The notes: generated by a model not told the origin, from the letters alone. Shown: positions 19,965 to 30,507, counted from the stretch's first letter. The stretch is DNA of 64,000 bases from a virus (IMGVR_UViG_3300050016_000171:38830-102829); one strand, 5' to 3'. Program-made: numbers and translations.

Positions 19965-21535
19965 AACGTCTCCGAATTCGACAAATTCTGAATCTGATCC
20001 TTGAACGGCTCCAAGAACATACTATGGCGTCCTGAGTAACTGATGTGTAAGAGGTGAGCCGCCCTTGTCGCTGCAACATAGAAAATTCTGGTTTCCTCTT
20101 CCAACTCCCCGTCCTTATGTGGCATCCGCCCCTGTTCGGCCCCCACAATAAAGACATTTTCCCACTCTCTTCCTTTTGCTTGGTGTACTGTACTTAGAGT
20201 CAATCCTTTCGCATTCTTGCGCCCATGCGAACGCTTGCGCAAATACTCTATGAACTCCTTGATGGTTCCGCCCTTCGTGCCAGCCAGAGTTACAACGCTG
20301 TTCAAATTCTCGATAGGGTTTGAATCTTTCGTTACACTGTGCTTATATACTTCAAGCATGCGGTGCTTCTCGATTAATCCCTTCAACACTTGCGCAGCAG
20401 GCTGATTGCTGTCTACCTCTTTAGCATATGTAAGAAGCTTTCGAACCTCGTTTTGATCAAAGAAGTCCTTCTTCCCCAATATTTTGTACTTGATGCTGCG
20501 CATCGTGCAGATGCGGTGATAGATGAAAAGTTGGCGGTTGGTGCGCGCCAGTATCGCGGTGTTCTCGGGATCGGTGATCTGCGCCAGAACCCAGTAAGCT
20601 TCCTCATGATCATCGGAGTACTTCTTGAAGACGGGGCCGATACCCTCTTCGTTGTCTGTCATCATGCGTGACGCGATGCCGTTATCCTTGGGCAGAATAG
20701 CTTTGAAAAATTCGACCAACTTTTGGGTGCTGCGGTAATTCTTACCGATGTACAACGTGTTGGCTCCCGGGAACTTCTGGGCGAAGTTGGTCAGGTTTCC
20801 GCTCTGCGCGGAGCGCCATTCGTAGATCAATTGGTTCTCGTCGCCTACGACAAAGATGTTGCCATTGAACAGGAGTTGCAGGATGCGGAACTGAACCACG
20901 TCCGTATCTTGACACTCATCCACGGCAATGTACTTGCGCTGCCATTTCGCACGGACCTCGGCGTTGGATTCCAGCAACGCCAGCGTCTCCTGCATCACGC
21001 TGTCGAAGTCCAGCCACCCCTGCTCGCGACATTCCTTTTCGTAATCGGAGTAAGCCAAAGCGTAAAAGTATTCGATGCCGTTGTTGCGGGATCTATCCAT
21101 GGCCTCGTCGGGGTCGATGTTCTGGCGCTTCCAGTCCGACAAATATTCCTTCAGCGCGTTGAAGTTTCGAATCGCGGGATAACGCTTCACAAGATCGAAC
21201 AGCAGTTTGTAATCCTCCATGCCCACCGGAATCACTGTATCGCATAGAGGAAAAGACAAATTGCTTCGCTCCTGCCGTAGCAGTTCCATGCAGAAACTGT
21301 GGAAAGTGCGGAACACCTTGTCGGCGTCCAGCAGGCCAACCTTCTTCACCATAGCCTCAGCAGCCGCAGAAGTAAAACTCAGATTCAAAATGTCCCGAGA
21401 TGAAATTCCACGCATCAGCATAGCCAAATGGCGCTGAACAAGAGTCGTAGTTTTTCCTGTGCCGGGGCCTGAGACGGCTACCCAAACGCCGTCTATAGCC
21501 TCGACACACGCTTTCTGTTCTGCGTTGAGTTCCAT
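19961..21535 (-). CDS. uvrD: UvrD/Rep/PcrA-family SF1 helicase
   Basis: GPGTGKT, TFHSF, VDECQD, VGDENQ.IY.WRSA, NYRST, STVHQAKGRE, YVAATRA. Confidence 0.93.
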   Translation of the reverse strand: MELNAEQKACVEAIDGVWVAVSGPGTGKTTTLVQRHLAMLMRGISSRDILNLSFTSAAAEAMVKKVGLLDADKVFRTFHSFCMELLRQERSNLSFPLCDTVIPVGMEDYKLLFDLVKRYPAIRNFNALKEYLSDWKRQNIDPDEAMDRSRNNGIEYFYALAYSDYEKECREQGWLDFDSVMQETLALLESNAEVRAKWQRKYIAVDECQDTDVVQFRILQLLFNGNIFVVGDENQLIYEWRSAQSGNLTNFAQKFPGANTLYIGKNYRSTQKLVEFFKAILPKDNGIASRMMTDNEEGIGPVFKKYSDDHEEAYWVLAQITDPENTAILARTNRQLFIYHRICTMRSIKYKILGKKDFFDQNEVRKLLTYAKEVDSNQPAAQVLKGLIEKHRMLEVYKHSVTKDSNPIENLNSVVTLAGTKGGTIKEFIEYLRKRSHGRKNAKGLTLSTVHQAKGREWENVFIVGAEQGRMPHKDGELEEETRIFYVAATRAAHLLHISYSGRHSMFLEPFKDQIQNLSNSETL

Positions 21536-22842
21536 TACTCTTTGGCCCCGATTTTCTGATTGATCAACTTCACGAGCCCTTCGGCGCCAATCTCTGCATA
21601 CTTCTCGTCAAGGAATCCCAAGAAAGATTCCCACTGGTTGACAGTTAGGTGTTTCGTTTCCGCTGTGGCGAACATGGCCTTCACGAAGAATAACATCTTC
21701 TGCGCGATGCCCCCGATGCCTTCGCACGGGATCATCTTGCCTTGTTTCAGAATTATGTTCGTATAGTTGAACAAACGATCCTTGAAAACCTTGATCTGTT
21801 CGGCGTTGGGCTGGTCCTTCAGTTCGACGCGGGGTGGCGGTGGCGGTTCAACCATGGGGTCTCCGATTAGCTTAGTGGCATTTATGGTTGCTAGGGCCTC
21901 CGCAGCAGCCTGTTGCGCAGGCGTGGGAGGGGAAGGAGGGGAAGGAGGGTTGAGGCAAACGTGAGGCTTCCCATCTTCGTTGACGTAAATTATCGATGTA
22001 GGATTGTCGGGATGCGGCCCTTCGTGCACCGGCACGTGACACGCCAGACATTGCTTCACCCAAACAGGTTCAGGTTGACCCGGCGATTCCAACACGACTT
22101 CGCCCTTCTTCCGGCGACGACGTTTCTTGGGCTCTTCTGCGATTGCGGCGGCAATAGTCGCGTTGGTGGCTTCGATAATATTTTTCACTAGACTGTCGCC
22201 CGCAGCAATGATTTTCGGATCGATGGAGGACGTTCCGGCTTCGACAACCGGCAAGACTTGCCCGTTTGGCATCTGCACCGTGTCTCCAACTTTCATAGGA
22301 GTCACATCGCGGCCCGCCGAAGGATTGGGTGAGAGCGAAGCCGGGGCTGCGATTTCGGCCAAGGGCTGAGTTGCGCGGGAGATGTCCGTGGTCGTGTTCT
22401 GAACTTCTGACTCGTCGAGCAGGCCCCCGCCTACGAATTGAAGCGTGAGGCGGCGGGTAGCGCGCGTTTGCGCTGTCATGATTGCGTCCGACAGGTACTT
22501 GCCACTGCGGCCCCGGGTGTCTGCGGCGCCTACGGCCACGTCTGTGCGGCCTGTCTTGTCGTGGCCCTTGGCGATGAACATGATGGAGCCGTCGCCCACC
22601 ACTTCCCGGATCTCGTCAACAGAGATTCCGCGGTTGCCCCTCATGATATCCGTAGCGCCCTTCTTGGCGTAGAGCACGAGGTGGCGACCGGCGTCACCTG
22701 AGTCCAGCCACATGAATTCTAGCAGGCTCAACTCGGGCGGAATCTCGAAATACTCGCACGCGTTAACCTTGTACTCAGTCTTCTGTGCGTCGCTCAGATT
22801 ATCCAGACTTGTGAGCGGGATGAATTTTTTCTTGTTTGCCAT
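21535..22842 (-). CDS. putative single-strand annealing protein (RecT/Bet-like) with a long C-terminal extension
   Basis: AIMTAQTRATRRLTLQFVGGGLLDESEV resembles a phage Bet-like signature; lies between the polymerase and helicase/exonuclease genes. Confidence 0.55.
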   Translation of the reverse strand: MANKKKFIPLTSLDNLSDAQKTEYKVNACEYFEIPPELSLLEFMWLDSGDAGRHLVLYAKKGATDIMRGNRGISVDEIREVVGDGSIMFIAKGHDKTGRTDVAVGAADTRGRSGKYLSDAIMTAQTRATRRLTLQFVGGGLLDESEVQNTTTDISRATQPLAEIAAPASLSPNPSAGRDVTPMKVGDTVQMPNGQVLPVVEAGTSSIDPKIIAAGDSLVKNIIEATNATIAAAIAEEPKKRRRRKKGEVVLESPGQPEPVWVKQCLACHVPVHEGPHPDNPTSIIYVNEDGKPHVCLNPPSPPSPPTPAQQAAAEALATINATKLIGDPMVEPPPPPRVELKDQPNAEQIKVFKDRLFNYTNIILKQGKMIPCEGIGGIAQKMLFFVKAMFATAETKHLTVNQWESFLGFLDEKYAEIGAEGLVKLINQKIGAKE

Positions 22843-22851
22843 TTTGTCTCC

Positions 22852-25011
22852 TTATTTGTGATAATACGTGCTTTCAAAACCGTCGCCCTTCAGAGGAAGA
22901 CCCGGTGCCCAGTAAATCGGCTGGGACATCTCCCACTCCATCTCCCTCACCCCGGGCGCAAAAGGATCGGTACTTTTCTCTGTTACCCCTTCGTCATGCA
23001 CATGCCCGCAAATCGGCAGCCCTCGTTCGTTCTCGAACTTCAGGAGCACATGCGCCAGCACGTCTCGCGCGATGCCCTGCACAATGTTTTCGAAAACCTT
23101 GCCGCCGTGCGATGTGACTACGCCCCAGCCGTGCGTCTTCTGGTCCTGACCTGCGTATACCAGCGTGGGTTTGTAAACATCCACACGGATCGGAACACCG
23201 AGAGTATCCAGATCGTTAGTCTCGCGCGTCCAAGGCATCTTGGTGCTCTCGATGCGCGCGTCCATATAGTGCAGATAGCGACCGCTGGGCAACTGAATCC
23301 GAAGGATGGGGTGCCGACTTCGGATAGGAATCTTGTCAATCTTGATGCAGCCGTTGGGGCCTACGTTGCGAACCGTATTCGCGCCCTTGAGCACGTCGTC
23401 AACGGCCTCTTCCAAGATGTACCAGAACTGGACGATCTCCTTGTACGACTCGCGGAACACGTCTACGATGATCTGAGCCTGTTCCAGCGACATTACGACG
23501 CCATAGCCTTCTGCGTATTCTCGGAGGGTCGCAGCGCCCATGCGATAGACACAGCCCAGCACGCCCGGCTTGGCCTGCTGCCTGTGCTTCTTCGCCGCGC
23601 CGCGCCGAATGGGGTCCTTCTTGTTTTTGAGATCGAACTCCAAAGTCTCGTACGGAATCTGAGTCGTCTTCATCGCGAAATCGATATACGGGTCGCGACC
23701 CTTGTGGAACACATCTAGCAGAGGCTGGCACCCCGATACCCATGCGCCCACGCGCGTTTCGATTGCGTTCTCGTCGGCCACCGCGAACTCGTTGCCGTCT
23801 TGGGTTTCGAATGCCGTACGCAGAAGTGACTTGATTACCGATAACACCGCGCCCGGGTCCGGCTTCTCAGGCGTCGGATGCCCGAATTGTTTCTCTATGG
23901 CTTCATAATCGTCGGCCATAACCATGGCACGGGCCATGTTGACGTTGTCCTCGTCCTCGAATCGTTCGTCGGGTCGCGCCATGTTGTGGAATTGGAGCGC
24001 CGTGCTTGACCATCGACCGCAGCGCGCGCTGCCCATGAATGTGAACAGGTTCCGCAATCTCTTATCCGGGGAGACTTGTCGGAGAATCGTCGCGAACTTC
24101 GTATAGGATGTGCTGGCTGCCGTCTGCCTGTTGAGCAGAACTTCTCGGCATAGTGGAGTCAAGTTCGTGTTGTTCTTCAACTCCGAAGCCACGAAATCTT
24201 TCTCGATGGACTCCTCGGCGTAGCCTCGCTCTGTCAACCAAGGTATCAACTGGTCGCCCGAATTCGCGTTCGCCAATCCCGTGAGTTTGTTCTGGGTGTC
24301 CAAGGCGGCTTTTTTCGCGATTCCGGCGATCTTGAATGCCTTGGTAACGAACTCCACGTTCGTCGGCATGCCTCGGTCATTGACCGTCTGGTCGAATATC
24401 CAGACTTCGCGCTCCTTGGGCGGCAGAGGCATCACGCCCAGCAGCACCTCGCGGCGCATGACTTCGCGCTCGGCTACCACGTCCTGCCGACAGTACTCGA
24501 TGAACTTCGCCCAATCCTCGGGGTCCGTTTCCTTATCGCGGAAATAGTACTCGACGGGCTCGCCCCTTTTCTTCTTGCGCTTCGAGGGCATACAGAAAAT
24601 GTTGATTAGGCGCTTGCCGTCCGCTTCCTTGGCGTAGTCGCGCGGCAGACCCAGAATGATGGAGACATCTTCCAAAGATGCGGGCAACGATAAGTAACGC
24701 GCGCTGGCCTGCGGGTCTTGGAAACGACGAACGGGAAGTGTGACGCCCAACACAAACTTGAAGATGTAACGCTCGAACGCGCTGTTGAACGCGACGATCT
24801 GCACGAGAGGATCGTTAAGCGCGTGGTACAGTTCCTTCGGGACGGGCTCTTCTTCGCAAAGCCACATCTGAACTTCGCCTTCGTCAATCGCCCAGCCCAG
24901 CATCAGGGCTTTCGTGGACGGGTCGGTGGCGTAGTTGTACAACCCCACGGATTTGGGTCCGCTCAACTGCGCAGTCGATCTGGTTTCGAAGTCGATGTAC
25001 AGAGTCTTCAC
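22852..25011 (-). CDS. DNA polymerase family A with 3'-5' exonuclease
   Basis: IDFET, AFNSAFER, YCRQDV, GRWSS, ADENAIETRV (motif A), RQQAK..LGCVY (B), ENIVQG.ARD, HVHDE (C). Confidence 0.95.
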   Translation of the reverse strand: MKTLYIDFETRSTAQLSGPKSVGLYNYATDPSTKALMLGWAIDEGEVQMWLCEEEPVPKELYHALNDPLVQIVAFNSAFERYIFKFVLGVTLPVRRFQDPQASARYLSLPASLEDVSIILGLPRDYAKEADGKRLINIFCMPSKRKKKRGEPVEYYFRDKETDPEDWAKFIEYCRQDVVAEREVMRREVLLGVMPLPPKEREVWIFDQTVNDRGMPTNVEFVTKAFKIAGIAKKAALDTQNKLTGLANANSGDQLIPWLTERGYAEESIEKDFVASELKNNTNLTPLCREVLLNRQTAASTSYTKFATILRQVSPDKRLRNLFTFMGSARCGRWSSTALQFHNMARPDERFEDEDNVNMARAMVMADDYEAIEKQFGHPTPEKPDPGAVLSVIKSLLRTAFETQDGNEFAVADENAIETRVGAWVSGCQPLLDVFHKGRDPYIDFAMKTTQIPYETLEFDLKNKKDPIRRGAAKKHRQQAKPGVLGCVYRMGAATLREYAEGYGVVMSLEQAQIIVDVFRESYKEIVQFWYILEEAVDDVLKGANTVRNVGPNGCIKIDKIPIRSRHPILRIQLPSGRYLHYMDARIESTKMPWTRETNDLDTLGVPIRVDVYKPTLVYAGQDQKTHGWGVVTSHGGKVFENIVQGIARDVLAHVLLKFENERGLPICGHVHDEGVTEKSTDPFAPGVREMEWEMSQPIYWAPGLPLKGDGFESTYYHK

Positions 25012-25027
25012 TGCGGCCCCTTATACC

Positions 25028-26275
25028 TTAAACCGCTTCGTTTCCTGCAATATCCCATCCCGCAGGAGCTGTACCGCGCCGAAACAGCTCAAGCTTTCTG
25101 CCGTGGTCATATAAGCCCTCAATGATTTTGCGGAACTCTTCCGGCTTCTCCGAATGTTTTGTGCGCCCTATTGATTGCACCGAATCCACCAACTTCGATA
25201 CATCGGGCTTACAAGAACCCCGTGTTGCAATCAAAAGTAGTTCGTGACGGACAGAGTTGTAATGGCCCATATTGTGTTTCACCTTGTCCCACACAAACGA
25301 AGACTTATACTCAAAACCCCACGCTTCGATGATCGCAAAACACCGCTCAAGTAAAGGCGATGTAACCCACAGGAAGAGTACGGCGTTCTTGTCGGCCATG
25401 TCGCGCACCAGTCGCTTTCCGCTCACCTTATACTTCTTGAGTTGATCGTCATCTAAACAGTCGTAATGCCGCTCGGCATGCCCGTGTTCGTCCATTTTAT
25501 TCAGGCCGATGTACTTCCACGGCGGATCGGCATAAAGAATACGATAAGTACCCTCTAACTCCTTCGGCTTAGCTGCCGCGACCGCTGTGTTGTAGTCTTC
25601 TTTCTTGGCTGTTCGAATAGCCGCACGCACGTCTGTTCCTGTCTTTACTAGAGAAACCGCAGTCGTGCGGGCGACACCGGACAGAGAAGATAATTTTTTA
25701 GCTTCGTTGAACGTAATAATCTGGTCTTGAACGAGAGACTCTAGCTCAGGGGCGTCTTTTTTAACTTTTTGAAGAGCGCGAAGCCGTTTTTCTGAAACAT
25801 TTTCTTCCTTTGCTATCCTTTTTCGTTTCCTAATGGTTGCCGTTTTTAGCTTGGGGGACTTTTGGGCCTCCGAGTTATTGTTTTTAGGGCGGCCTTTTCC
25901 TCCGGTTTTTCCTGCTTTAGCTGCACGCTCGCTATTGGATATGGCTACCTCTGAGTCCAATCGCTTACCCACTAAAACGAGCCGTACATCATCGGTCAGG
26001 TTTCTACGCCCTAGTTGGTGGTTCAAAACCCAAAGTTTCGCGTTGTCGCGGTCGGGCTTTTTGATCTCGGTTGTAGAGAACTTGAGACCATTCTTCTCGG
26101 CAATCTTGAAGCGGTTGTGACCGTCGAGCAAGATATTCTTGCCCCCCGACTTCCAGATAGCGAGCGGCACCGTAATCTCGCCGTCTTGAAGAATGTTCGC
26201 TTCTAGTTGCCTGAACTCCTCAGGCAGTAACGCAGGAATCAACCGCTTGAACTCCGAGTCTATCGCTATTTGCAT
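25028..26275 (-). CDS. ParB/Spo0J-like N-terminal domain fused to an MT-A70 adenine methyltransferase
   Basis: LLDGHNR...QLGRRNL (ParB-like); ILYADPPW, LFLWVT, WGFEYK, HSEKP, LELF.R (MT-A70). Confidence 0.9.
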   Translation of the reverse strand: MQIAIDSEFKRLIPALLPEEFRQLEANILQDGEITVPLAIWKSGGKNILLDGHNRFKIAEKNGLKFSTTEIKKPDRDNAKLWVLNHQLGRRNLTDDVRLVLVGKRLDSEVAISNSERAAKAGKTGGKGRPKNNNSEAQKSPKLKTATIRKRKRIAKEENVSEKRLRALQKVKKDAPELESLVQDQIITFNEAKKLSSLSGVARTTAVSLVKTGTDVRAAIRTAKKEDYNTAVAAAKPKELEGTYRILYADPPWKYIGLNKMDEHGHAERHYDCLDDDQLKKYKVSGKRLVRDMADKNAVLFLWVTSPLLERCFAIIEAWGFEYKSSFVWDKVKHNMGHYNSVRHELLLIATRGSCKPDVSKLVDSVQSIGRTKHSEKPEEFRKIIEGLYDHGRKLELFRRGTAPAGWDIAGNEAV

Positions 26276-26801
26276 CAGTGGTCTCCGCGAAAACGAATTT
26301 GTCTTTTGCTAGTGCGCAATCTACCGCTGCCAATATTTCCTGCTGTGATGCTGCCGCCCTAGACTTAAACAACCACTGGCAGCCGCTATTTTTCGGGGCC
26401 TTACTAAAAATAAGTTTACCCGTTCGTATGAGAATACCGGGATTCTTACGCGACACACAAAACATTGGGTCAAAGCCGCCTTGGTTCAGGGGAGACCCGT
26501 CCTCCATTGTGTATTCGGAAAAATGCTTTGTTACTTTCTTGACTAGATCGTCTACTGATACCCAGTCTTGCGATTGCGCGACCACGAAGTCGATCTGCTC
26601 TTTCTTCACTTCCCCCAGCGCTATTTTTTCTCCGTCTCGGTAGGCGTATACCACATCACGCGACGGGATGACTTCTAAATCCACTAAAGGAAACACAATC
26701 GTTTTGTCTTCGAACTCCACTGTTGCTTTGCCGTTCGTTTCGTTGATTACTTCGCCTACACCGAGTTCGGGGTATTTTGGATGTCCTACTCTCGTATTCA
26801 T
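26220..26801 (-). CDS. hypothetical protein with an SH3/Tudor-like N-terminus
   Basis: RVGHPKY..LGVGEVI....ATVEF pattern; has its own promoter and AGGAGG RBS. Confidence 0.6.
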   Translation of the reverse strand: MNTRVGHPKYPELGVGEVINETNGKATVEFEDKTIVFPLVDLEVIPSRDVVYAYRDGEKIALGEVKKEQIDFVVAQSQDWVSVDDLVKKVTKHFSEYTMEDGSPLNQGGFDPMFCVSRKNPGILIRTGKLIFSKAPKNSGCQWLFKSRAAASQQEILAAVDCALAKDKFVFAETTDANSDRLGVQAVDSCVTA

Positions 26802-26835
26802 TTTGTCCTCCTAGCCGAAGATTTCATACAAGACC

Positions 26836-26864
26836 AATCTACTCCTTTTTTGCCTTTTTGTCAA
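26836..26864 (-). promoter_or_regulatory. sigma70-type promoter
   Basis: TTGACA-17 bp-TAGATT. Confidence 0.75.
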
Positions 26865-27694
26865 GGAAATAAAATAGCATCGTCCATCGATTTTCGTATG
26901 TCCTGTCCGTCTCCCGGGGCTTCGCTACCCATAACACGCCACCCTGAAGGAGGGGGTCCGAAGTCTACTGTTATTTTTTCCGTTACTCCATTTTTTGTCT
27001 TGGGTATTTGAACGCCGCCGTAGCGACCGAAAATCTCTAAATACGGCCCCGGGAAACGACGTTCTGCCAAAGCATGAATACTCCGAGGCTTGGACGAGTG
27101 TCTTTGTTTCGACTCGACTAACAAAGGGCTAGAATTTTCTCCCTCTACTAATAGGCTAGAAGTTCCTGTTCGAATAGATGGCATTCCCGATTTTTTAGCT
27201 ACGATACAAAACTCAGCATTTCCCAAAAACCAAAATCCCACACCTCCGTAACCAGCATTCCTATCCTTATCCCACTTCGCCCATGTAATGGTGGAACATG
27301 CTTCGAAGCCCCACGACTTAATCAGATAATTAGTCGCCGATTCATCGTGGCCTTTCAACCCTCCGATCAAAAAAGGAGAGACTGTCCACATAAATAGGTA
27401 TCCACCTATTAGATCGCCGACCGGCAACTTACCCAAATCTTCTATAGAGAGTGGTTCGATTTCTTTGTATTGGTTTTTCTCGGTGTCTCGATTGCGTGTA
27501 AACCCCGAGAGTTTACCTGCACCGTCTTTCATTCCCGGAGCCACTGTATACGGCCAATCCGGGTCTATAATTCCCGTCATAAACGGTTGTGGGGGTCTCT
27601 TTACGTATTCAAAAGATTCTTTTCCCACAGCGAAACAGGTTTGAATTTCGACTTCGTCTTTTTCGGGCGCTCGCTTACTTTTGTCTTTTTTCAT
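26861..27694 (-). CDS. MT-A70-family methyltransferase-like protein with an altered catalytic motif (DPDW)
   Basis: IIDPDWPY, LFMWT, WGF, W.K, G.GFWF..N.EFC, HSSKP, YLEIFGR, GW..MG.E. Confidence 0.8.
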   Translation of the reverse strand: MKKDKSKRAPEKDEVEIQTCFAVGKESFEYVKRPPQPFMTGIIDPDWPYTVAPGMKDGAGKLSGFTRNRDTEKNQYKEIEPLSIEDLGKLPVGDLIGGYLFMWTVSPFLIGGLKGHDESATNYLIKSWGFEACSTITWAKWDKDRNAGYGGVGFWFLGNAEFCIVAKKSGMPSIRTGTSSLLVEGENSSPLLVESKQRHSSKPRSIHALAERRFPGPYLEIFGRYGGVQIPKTKNGVTEKITVDFGPPPSGWRVMGSEAPGDGQDIRKSMDDAILFP

Positions 27695-27711
27695 TTGCGC
27701 TCTTTTCTGGT

Positions 27712-29784
27712 TTAGTCTTCGTCTTCAATGTCCTGCAAAAGAACCACTCGCTTGGGGTCGCCCCTCTTGCCAGTGCCTACTTCCTTGATGATGCGGTTCT
27801 TGAGCAGTCCTTGATACGCCTGATTCCATAGCGAGGTGCCGCCCCGCTCGGGATGCATCGCGCGTGTAACGTTGCGCATCGACATTTCGCCACCACTGCG
27901 CTTTAGGAGAAGACGCAATTCCATTTGCACAGCGCCCTCTTTCGTTGTTGCTTCATACGTCTGTACATATTTCTTGACAGCTTTCTCATACTCGACAAGC
28001 GCGAGGGCTCGTTCGATGCAATCACAGTCGATCTCGTCCCGGCCCAAGTCAATGGCGAAATACAACGCGAACTTCTCGGCCCGGATTTCTTCGCGGTTCT
28101 CGACGCCCTTTGCCATAGCTTCCTGTAATGGTGTAAGGTTCTCGATCTTGAATACGCCTTGCGCAATAGCCGCATCCACACGCTTGCGTGTGATCAGCGC
28201 GCCCTCCTGAGTCGCCACATGAATCTGAGGGGACAGAGCCTTGAACTTCTCGGGTTGATACAAAAAGAAGAACCTTTCATCGAGTCCTGAGGACCGGCCC
28301 GACAACTTTGACCAGTGCGTGGTGAAGTTCTTGTCGGTGCAGCACGCGATCAGAGACACGCAATAACTCCCGGGATCGAACGAGAAACTTTCCTTCTTGG
28401 ATTTGATCAGGTTCTGGAACTTGCCAGATTCGTAGAGCGCCAGTAGCCGGGACGTCAGTGTGCTGCCGTCGATGCCAGCTTTATTGGTCAGCGTGCTCAG
28501 TTCGTCGTAAAATAGAATTCCATTGCGGCACTTGAGCCGCGACATCTCAAGGCCCAATCCTTCGGGCGATCCGATCTCCCACACGAGAGCCTTGCTGTTC
28601 GCGTTCTCCATCGAGGTGTTACCGTGCTCGACCATCCCCGCATACTTGAAATACTCGATGGCGCTCTCGACCGAACTGGATTTGATGATCTTCCCCTTTC
28701 GGCCAATGAGGACCATAAAGAGCGACGGGATTAATTGCTTCTGCTCCACGCGAATTTTGTTGGCGACATAATTCAACATCAGGGCCATGGCGGGCATGAA
28801 CATGTACTCTTCATACCGACTGTTGACTCTGCAAAATGGTTCTACCAGCCCATCATAGATCGAGGTGCCAAGCATCACCCACTTGGGGAAGATGGGATAG
28901 GGCGGCAGCTTCAGTTCAAGTTGCTCTTCAGCCTCTTCCTCTGTGAGCGGAGCGAGGGGCGTGGCGGGCGCGATGCCGTATGCGGTTTGCCCCGCAGGCT
29001 TGTCGCCGAACAACACTGTGTCTTTCATCAGACTTCCGAGAGGATACCGACCGTACATGCCGCGCACGTCTTGAAGAACCTTGTCCTCGTTGATCGGCTC
29101 CTCGCAGTTCTCGTGGGTCCACGCCAATATCGCGGCCTCGGCTGCTTCCTGAGGGACGGCCTTGGCGATGAACGTCCCGATGATCGAGACGAGATGACTG
29201 TTGATCTGGCCGTGCGGAATCTTGGGGTCTCCCGGCAGGCGTGTTCCTATCTTGGCCTTCTCGATTCGTTGGGCCTTGATCCAATCAGTCAAAAAGAGCG
29301 GGGCCTCGATGATGGGCGCCGTGCAAACAACCTCGTAGGGGTCTCCTGAGATGGGGTGAATCGAACCTGCCGCGACCACGTACTCTCGATCCACGCGAAC
29401 AGAGAAGTCCCCGTTCTTGACGAAGCCTTGGGCCACGTTGCCCATGGCGACGGATACGGCGTTCTGTTTCCAGTAATAGTGGCCGCGCCCCGGACGGCTG
29501 CGGACACGATAGGTGAGGGGAATCTTCTGGCCGGTCTCGGCTTCGATGCGCCCCGGCACGGATGGGTCGTCGATCTCGAAGAACCACACGCCGTCCAGCG
29601 TGGCGCTGGCTACTGCGGCGCAGTTGGCTTCGGGTGACTCTTCGTTCCATTGTGCGAGAACTACGGGATCTTTTGTGGCGAGGGAGGGCCAATCGCTGTC
29701 TGCCGCGATCTTCGTACGTGGCCGGAGCCGGATGACAGGAGCGCCCTTCGCGACGGTCGCCGTCGCACGTTCAAGGAAGTTCAT
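27712..29784 (-). CDS. bifunctional primase-polymerase (Prim-Pol) fused to a P-loop helicase-like domain
   Basis: W.SLAT.D...W, EID, GRGHYYW, YVVAAGS.HP.SG..Y; C-terminal G.KG..KSS, YDEL, LL.LY, SGL.ERF. Confidence 0.85.
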   Translation of the reverse strand: MNFLERATATVAKGAPVIRLRPRTKIAADSDWPSLATKDPVVLAQWNEESPEANCAAVASATLDGVWFFEIDDPSVPGRIEAETGQKIPLTYRVRSRPGRGHYYWKQNAVSVAMGNVAQGFVKNGDFSVRVDREYVVAAGSIHPISGDPYEVVCTAPIIEAPLFLTDWIKAQRIEKAKIGTRLPGDPKIPHGQINSHLVSIIGTFIAKAVPQEAAEAAILAWTHENCEEPINEDKVLQDVRGMYGRYPLGSLMKDTVLFGDKPAGQTAYGIAPATPLAPLTEEEAEEQLELKLPPYPIFPKWVMLGTSIYDGLVEPFCRVNSRYEEYMFMPAMALMLNYVANKIRVEQKQLIPSLFMVLIGRKGKIIKSSSVESAIEYFKYAGMVEHGNTSMENANSKALVWEIGSPEGLGLEMSRLKCRNGILFYDELSTLTNKAGIDGSTLTSRLLALYESGKFQNLIKSKKESFSFDPGSYCVSLIACCTDKNFTTHWSKLSGRSSGLDERFFFLYQPEKFKALSPQIHVATQEGALITRKRVDAAIAQGVFKIENLTPLQEAMAKGVENREEIRAEKFALYFAIDLGRDEIDCDCIERALALVEYEKAVKKYVQTYEATTKEGAVQMELRLLLKRSGGEMSMRNVTRAMHPERGGTSLWNQAYQGLLKNRIIKEVGTGKRGDPKRVVLLQDIEDED

Positions 29785-29812
29785 GGTGTCCTTTTGTTCG
29801 AAAAATTGCGTA

Positions 29813-30316
29813 TTAAATCTTGATACCGGCCTTACGAGCCTCGGCAACGCTGCGATAGCCTCGTGCCGCACCAGTTGTCTCATCGTGCTCGGTCACGAGC
29901 ATCGGAACTTCCGATGAAGACGCTCGGTTCGAACTTTGCTGAACCATTTCGAGGGCCAAAGTCCACTCCCGGGTCTCCGGTGCCCAACGCTTCCGACAGA
30001 TCATGCAGCGAACAAGACGGGAGCCGTCGATGTAAGTATGATCTGTCACAGCGTAATCTTTGAAGGCCAAGCTGCGGACATGGCCGCCTTTCAGGTGTTG
30101 ACATTCGTTCTGGCGACGCCGGATCTTCAAGCGAATTTCGTTGTGCTCTTCGGCGGTGCGAGTGAAGTACTTCGGCACGTACTGGTGCAACTTCAGTTTC
30201 AAGCACAGTTGGTAGTACTCGACGTCATTCAGGATGCCGTGATACGTCCTAAGAAGGTTGAACCGTATCGTTCGGATCACTCGCCTGAACAGCATCCTTT
30301 TCAGATTCACGCTCAT
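29813..30316 (-). CDS. hypothetical Zn-binding protein
   Basis: C.HLKG...H...CMIC...W. Confidence 0.55.
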   Translation of the reverse strand: MSVNLKRMLFRRVIRTIRFNLLRTYHGILNDVEYYQLCLKLKLHQYVPKYFTRTAEEHNEIRLKIRRRQNECQHLKGGHVRSLAFKDYAVTDHTYIDGSRLVRCMICRKRWAPETREWTLALEMVQQSSNRASSSEVPMLVTEHDETTGAARGYRSVAEARKAGIKI

Positions 30317-30507
30317 TTAAGTCTCCTGTATACGGCAGCGGACAGTCGTCGCAAATGATGCCGTCCGTGCAGTCCATTGCTTCGCAAGCTTTCCCGCAGA
30401 TCAAACAATAAAGGGTCTTCATTCTGCCTCCTAAGAAATGCCGGGTGTCCTAGCCGCTAGACGAATGTTACTCCTGCGAGTCGAACGCAGGCTCTCCCGG
30501 CTATTCA

